From positions 44,432 to 108,431 of IMG/VR virus record IMGVR_UViG_3300045978_000284: a stretch of 64,000 nt of DNA. The stretch is one strand, 5' to 3'. The notes below the pieces were generated by a model, which was not told the origin of the DNA, did not search any database, and saw only the letters and a program-made list of their open reading frames with translations. Source of the stretch: a virus. The position numbers and the translations under genes were made by a program. Of this stretch, positions 59,138 to 64,000 are shown one piece after another (the stretch's first letter is position 1; every line of letters begins with the position of its first letter).

Positions 59138-60145
59138 ATGAGACTAGCCCTGGCTGTTAGCGTGCTGCTACTCGCCGCGCCCGCGTGGGCCGGCACGTTC
59201 TGTGTCCCGGATGCCAGCATTCGCGACACCTGTCCCTCCGTGGCGCCCACGCTGCAGGAGGCCATCAACGCGGCGACGCCGGGCAGCGTGATCTATGTCG
59301 GGCCGGGCACCCCGAGCCAGCGGATCGTAATCGACCGGCGACTGACGATCCGGTGCATCAACGGGGGCGAAATCACCGACGAGGGGCTCGCCAAGGTGTT
59401 CGGGGCGAACGTCGTCCACATGGTGGGGACGGGGACCCCGCCCAGGCCGGTGATCAGCACGAGGATCGAGGCCTGCACCATCCGTGTCACCGCCAGTACG
59501 GCGGGCGCCGTGCTGCTGGAGCCCCAGCAGATCTTCACGCAATTCAAGGGCGTGAGCCTGATCGCCGACATGGGTGGGCAAAAGCCGATCTACGGGTTGC
59601 GGGCCTATGACAACGGCCGATACTTCTTCATCGGCGGACCCAAGGGCACCCCACGCCCGACCGTCTCTGGCTTCGGCATTGGAATCGACAGCAAGAACAC
59701 GGGCTGGGCCAACGTCGAGGCTGGCCACCAAGGCGGCGTGCTCTTCACCGAGAACGGGATCGGCATGCGTTCGATCTCGGACAAGGGCCAGCTGTTTTAC
59801 AACGTGTTCGACGGCAACGAGGATGTGGGCCTGATCATCAGAGGCAACTTTCACCAAGACGTCAATGCGAACGAGTTTTACAACAACGGCGTGGGCCTCG
59901 TGTGGGGCTTGAGCTTGACGCCGAACATCTGGAACGGGTGCACGGCGCAGACGATGATGGAGTTCAACCACGCCATCTTCGAGGGCAACGGGATCTCGAT
60001 CTTGGTGGACACCGCGCCGTTCGTGAATACCCAGGACTACACCCAGGACCCCGGCCGAGGCACCCAGTGGCAGAACATGACCATTGACGGGGTCAAGGTG
60101 CCGAACCACAAGACGACCTATCGTGATGGCCAGTGCCAGCCATGA
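59138..60145 (+). CDS. Secreted right-handed beta-helix protein
   Basis: Signal peptide ending AWA; 'TLQEAINAATPGSVIYVGPG'; N-x-F-x-G-N repeats. Confidence 0.75.
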   Translation: MRLALAVSVLLLAAPAWAGTFCVPDASIRDTCPSVAPTLQEAINAATPGSVIYVGPGTPSQRIVIDRRLTIRCINGGEITDEGLAKVFGANVVHMVGTGTPPRPVISTRIEACTIRVTASTAGAVLLEPQQIFTQFKGVSLIADMGGQKPIYGLRAYDNGRYFFIGGPKGTPRPTVSGFGIGIDSKNTGWANVEAGHQGGVLFTENGIGMRSISDKGQLFYNVFDGNEDVGLIIRGNFHQDVNANEFYNNGVGLVWGLSLTPNIWNGCTAQTMMEFNHAIFEGNGISILVDTAPFVNTQDYTQDPGRGTQWQNMTIDGVKVPNHKTTYRDGQCQP

Positions 60146-60277
60146 GCCGCTGGTACGCCATCCAGCTCGCTCGGCGCCGCTACCGCCGCTGGGTGCGAGC
60201 GATGCAAACCGTGTCCGCGGCGGGGCTCGTGGTCGTGTTCATGCTGTTCATGCAGCTCTAACCAGGGGAGACTCATC

Positions 60278-61462
60278 ATGAAGCCGAAGATCGCTGTGCT
60301 TGCTGCTCTGCTGACCGCCGCGCTGCTCGGGTGGACCGCGCCCGCGCAGGCGGCCTCCTCCAACCTCTGTCCCGACACCGGGGGAACCCAGTACCTGGTC
60401 GACACCGCGCTCGACGCGGCCGACGTCGCCGCCGGGTACAACAACACGGCCTGCGAGCTGGTCATCAGCGTGCCGGTCACGCCGACGCTCCAGGACTGGG
60501 ATGTCTTTGCCAAGTCGTTTCGGACCTCGGCTGCGGTCATCAACACCGCGGGCCAGTCGGGGATCCATATCACCACGAGCGGGAACATCGTGATTGCGGC
60601 GACCGGTGAGCTCCGGGCGCGCTCGGAGGTGCATCTGCGCTGCACGGCGCTCGGGTGCAACGTGCTCGGCACGAGCGGGGTGCTGCTGGCCTCGGAGAGC
60701 CTGGACGTGTTCGCGATCCCGGGCGACCCGCTGAGCGGGCCCGCGACCAAGGGGAACCTGACGATCGTGAGCGTGGGGGACACGATCCTCAACAACACGC
60801 TGGTCTACGGGGGCTCGCGCGTGCATATCATCGCGACCCAGGGCGCGGTGACGTGGGCCTGCCCGCGGGCCGGGGGCGACGTGTGCGCCGACCCGACCAT
60901 TGCCTGCCCGGGTGGGTTCCCGTGCACGCTCAACTTCACGAGCGCGGCCCAGGTGCTCCAGACGTTCTGCACCCCGTCGAGCGGGCCGAAGTGCGGGGGC
61001 GGATCGAACGAGATCCGGGTGACGGCGCTGCTGGACATCGATATCACGGGCAGTATCATCTCGTCCCTGAGCCACATGACGTTCGAGAGCAAGCAGGGCC
61101 GCGTGCTGGCCGCGAACACGCAGTTGACGGCGGCCACGGACTTGCAGGTGATCGCGTTCATCCACATCAACGCGGAGAGTGCGCGGTGGGTGAGCGGGCA
61201 GACCCTCCGGGCACAGACCAAGGTGGGGTGTCTGGCGGGGACGCTCTGTATCAATGCCAAGCTGGCGGACTTCGCGGGGTTCAAGGACGTGATCGGGTCG
61301 ACCGCGGGGAACAACGGCGACGTCGATCTGTGCGGCGGGATCTTCGATCGCGGGGTCCCAGGCCTGCCGCGGTTCAACGGGGTGGCCAGCTTCCCGTATC
61401 CGCTCACGGTGATCCTGAGCGCGCTCGCGTGCGCGCCGCTCCCGCCGGCCATCATCCAGTAA
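60278..61462 (+). CDS. Secreted Cys-rich beta-repeat protein
   Basis: Signal peptide ending AQA; many Cys; T/S/G/I-rich. Confidence 0.7.
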   Translation: MKPKIAVLAALLTAALLGWTAPAQAASSNLCPDTGGTQYLVDTALDAADVAAGYNNTACELVISVPVTPTLQDWDVFAKSFRTSAAVINTAGQSGIHITTSGNIVIAATGELRARSEVHLRCTALGCNVLGTSGVLLASESLDVFAIPGDPLSGPATKGNLTIVSVGDTILNNTLVYGGSRVHIIATQGAVTWACPRAGGDVCADPTIACPGGFPCTLNFTSAAQVLQTFCTPSSGPKCGGGSNEIRVTALLDIDITGSIISSLSHMTFESKQGRVLAANTQLTAATDLQVIAFIHINAESARWVSGQTLRAQTKVGCLAGTLCINAKLADFAGFKDVIGSTAGNNGDVDLCGGIFDRGVPGLPRFNGVASFPYPLTVILSALACAPLPPAIIQ

Positions 61463-61604
61463 CTGGCGTAGGCGAGAGGCCAGCACGGTTCCCGCCGTGC
61501 TGGCCGTCAATACTGATATATCCTCAGCGATTCCCCTTGCGTCCTGGTGGTGCCCGACTGATAATAAATCATGCACCAACGTCTGTCCCGTGGAGGCGCC
61601 GACG

Positions 61605-62027
61605 ATGCGCGTCTGGACCAGCCGATACTCCAACCCTCAGCTCGCGGTCGACAAGGACATCACACCGATCGGTATCACGCGCTACCCGCCCCGGTTCCCG
61701 CTCCGCTACGAGCTGGCGGGCAACATCAGCCTGCTCTCGCCGACGCCGGCGATGCTGTCCATCACCCGAAATGATCCGAGTCAGGCAGCGCGCGAGGCCT
61801 TCACGGACGCCTATCTGGCCTCGCTGCGGGCGCTCGGCCTGCCCCGCGCGCTGCGGATGCTGGAGGGGCTGTCACATACCGAGAACGTCGTCGTGCTCTG
61901 CTTCGAGGACATCCGGATGCCCGGCGAGTGGTGCCATCGCCAGCTCTTCGCCGGCTGGCTGATCGAAGAGACGGGCTGGGCCGTCGACGAGCTATTCGAC
62001 CCGAGCGATCCACGGCGACGGAGGTGA
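61605..62027 (+). CDS. DUF488-like protein
   Basis: 'VWTSRY...IGITRYPP...LSPT...VVLCFE...WCHRQLFAGWL'. Confidence 0.75.
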   Translation: MRVWTSRYSNPQLAVDKDITPIGITRYPPRFPLRYELAGNISLLSPTPAMLSITRNDPSQAAREAFTDAYLASLRALGLPRALRMLEGLSHTENVVVLCFEDIRMPGEWCHRQLFAGWLIEETGWAVDELFDPSDPRRRR

Positions 62028-62123
62028 TGCCCATGATCGTGCGCTAATCCGTGTCCATCCATCTGTCCACCCACCGGCGCCCCCAAGCGGGCGCCGGCTC
62101 AATTTCCAGCGAAAGGAACCGAC

Positions 62124-63971
62124 ATGGCCAAGAAGAAGGCGGACCTCGAACCCGAAGTGACCCGTGGCCCCGTGTGTTTTGACGGCCTGGGCGAGCCCAT
62201 GCCCCCGGCGGTTGTCCCGATCTCTCAGGTCCATGCGATCCCGCGGGCGGTGATCGACGCGGACGCCGACGCCCAGCTGGCGGCCAGCATCCGCGACCAT
62301 GGCCTGTTTCACCCCATCACGCTCCGGCTCCGCGGCGACAACGAGTACGAGGTGGTGGCGGGCGCCCGGCGCTTCCGGGCCATGACGCTGCTCGGCCTCG
62401 AGGAGATCCCGGCGCACTGGTCGGTCATCCGCGCCCTGACCGATCAGGACACGCTGATGATCCGCCATCTGGAGAACCTCAACCGGATGGCGCTGCACCC
62501 CATCGAGGCGCTGCGGGACTACGAGGCGCTGATCGAGAGCGGCATGACGATCGCCGACGTGTCGCAGCGGACAGGCCAGCCGGTCCGCACCATCGAGCGC
62601 ACCCTGCGACTGGCCACCCTGACCCCGACGTCGCGCCAGGCCTTCATCGAGCGCCGCATCGTGCCCGAGGTGGCCTCCCAGCTGGCCCGGATCGTCGATC
62701 CGGTCGGCCAGGCGGCGACCCTCAAGTACGCCCTGACCGGCACCTATCTCTTCGCCGGGCAGGAGCGGCGCGACTTCATCGCCCACCAGATCCCGACGCC
62801 GTGGGACGTGGCGCGCCACATCCGGGAGCGTGTCCTGCTCTCGCTGGGCGTCGCCCCCTTCGACACCGGCATCGAGATCGCCGGCGTCGGTCCGTGCACG
62901 GTCTGCCCGAAGCGCTCCGGGAACCAGGCGGCGCTCTTCGATTTCAAGCAGGAGGAGCTGACGGAGAACCTGTGCCTGGACGCGCCGTGCTATGCCCGGA
63001 AGGCCGCCGCGGCCGCCGAGGCGCGGGCCGAAGCGCTCAAGGCCGAGGGCACCAAGGTCATCACGCCGGCCCAGCTGAAGAAGGCCGAGCGCCAGGCGGT
63101 CGACGAGAAGAAGATCGGGTACACGGGGACGCCCCTCGACGCGCACCGCGGCGGGTCGGGCGGCAACACCTACATCGAGGACCTGGGCGAGTTCCACACC
63201 ACCAAGTGCCTGGCGGCGTGCCCGGACCATCGCTTCGTCAACCAGGGCGACAAGGTCCAGGAGATCTGCCTGAACCAGAAGTGCCTCGCGACCCTGCTGC
63301 GCCTGTCCGCCAAGCGCGCGGCCGCCCCCGCGTCCGCCGCGGCCCATGATGACGTCTCCGAGGAGGAGCGCCGCAAGCAGGCCAAGGCGCGCCGTGACCA
63401 GCGCAAGGAAACGCTCCAGGGCTACGCCGCGGGAGCGCTCGACAAGTGGCTCGTCCCGACGGTGGGTGCTGCGCTGCGCTCGAAGGCCAAGGTGCCGACC
63501 GACAAGCCGATGCTCGCCATCTTGAAGCTGGCCCTACTGATCTCCCTGGAGAACTGGCACGCGGGCGCTGCCGCCACCATCACGGCGGACGACCTCAAGG
63601 CCGCGCTCGGGTGGGCCCCCAAGCACGGCTGGGGCGCGTCGCTGCCGGGCGAGCTGTGGGAGCGCCTGGACTCGATGTCGCCGGCCAAGCTCGTGGCCGG
63701 GCTCGCCGTGGTCCTGCCGGCCCTGATGCCGAGCCGCGACAGCGCCATCCTCCGTGCGGTCGGCGCGGTGGTCGGCGTCGACGCCATGAAGCAGTACCGG
63801 CTCTCGTCGGACGACCTGCACCCCTACCAGAAGCCCGAGCTGACGGCCCTGGCCAAGTCCTTCAAGATCGAGCTGCCCGAGGAGGCCGACAAGGGCGCGA
63901 TGATCGACGCCATCGCCAAGGCCCTCAAGCCCGGGATGTTGCCGGTGGAGTGGGAGAAGGTGATCGACTGA
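62124..63971 (+). CDS. ParB/Spo0J-family protein with long Cys-containing C-terminus
   Basis: 'LAASIRDHGLFHPITLR...YEVVAGARRFRA...ENLNR..LHPIE' plus HTH; CTVCPKRS...CLD. Confidence 0.88.
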   Translation: MAKKKADLEPEVTRGPVCFDGLGEPMPPAVVPISQVHAIPRAVIDADADAQLAASIRDHGLFHPITLRLRGDNEYEVVAGARRFRAMTLLGLEEIPAHWSVIRALTDQDTLMIRHLENLNRMALHPIEALRDYEALIESGMTIADVSQRTGQPVRTIERTLRLATLTPTSRQAFIERRIVPEVASQLARIVDPVGQAATLKYALTGTYLFAGQERRDFIAHQIPTPWDVARHIRERVLLSLGVAPFDTGIEIAGVGPCTVCPKRSGNQAALFDFKQEELTENLCLDAPCYARKAAAAAEARAEALKAEGTKVITPAQLKKAERQAVDEKKIGYTGTPLDAHRGGSGGNTYIEDLGEFHTTKCLAACPDHRFVNQGDKVQEICLNQKCLATLLRLSAKRAAAPASAAAHDDVSEEERRKQAKARRDQRKETLQGYAAGALDKWLVPTVGAALRSKAKVPTDKPMLAILKLALLISLENWHAGAAATITADDLKAALGWAPKHGWGASLPGELWERLDSMSPAKLVAGLAVVLPALMPSRDSAILRAVGAVVGVDAMKQYRLSSDDLHPYQKPELTALAKSFKIELPEEADKGAMIDAIAKALKPGMLPVEWEKVID

Positions 63972-64000
63972 TGACGCGCGAGGAGATCCGCGCGCGCATT

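Larger units (their letters stand above)
1..64000 (+). mobile_element. Tailed dsDNA bacteriophage genome segment (siphovirus-like, Mu-type head genes)
   Basis: Colinear protease-scaffold-decoration-capsid-neck-tube-chaperone-tape measure-tail tip order, tRNAs, then dozens of small co-oriented genes and recombination genes; frequent ATGA/TGATG overlaps and GGAGG SD sites; no host housekeeping genes. Confidence 0.93.

Overview
The whole window reads as part of a high-GC tailed dsDNA phage genome, with a long non-contractile (siphovirus-type) tail and no sheath gene seen. Essentially all real genes are on the + strand; the long minus-strand ORFs are GC-rich shadows. 1-24.9 kb is a Mu-like head module (end of a gpI-type protease, a repeat-module protein, scaffold, decoration protein, major capsid protein), then neck, tail tube, chaperones, a 1909-aa tape measure protein and an unusually duplicated/split tail-tip module that includes a pectate-lyase fusion. 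24.9-27.3 kb holds two ferritin-like di-iron proteins flanking tRNA-fMet(CAT) and tRNA-Pro(TGG), both with C33. 27.3-29.2 kb is a repeat-rich late/early junction. 27.6-54 kb is an early region of many small genes driven by a family of repeated sigma70-like promoters; it includes LPD29, DUF3560, DUF6011, RadC/JAB, Ku, a WGR-ligase, HNH, DUF5131 and a PAPS-reductase-family gene. 54-64 kb carries an HTH regulator, RecT, a PD-(D/E)XK nuclease, a Rad50/SbcC-like ATPase, two secreted proteins, a DUF488-like protein and ParB. The best candidate for an undescribed system is three tandem 'L-x-E-x-x-L-A-(G)-NPYRxxxGxFT / basic glycine-zipper cargo / acidic helical tag' modules in the head operon, which look like protease-processed, capsid-packaged cargo. 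All family assignments come from motif recognition by eye, not database searches. Host and lifestyle cannot be determined, and no integrase, terminase, portal or endolysin was recognised in the window.
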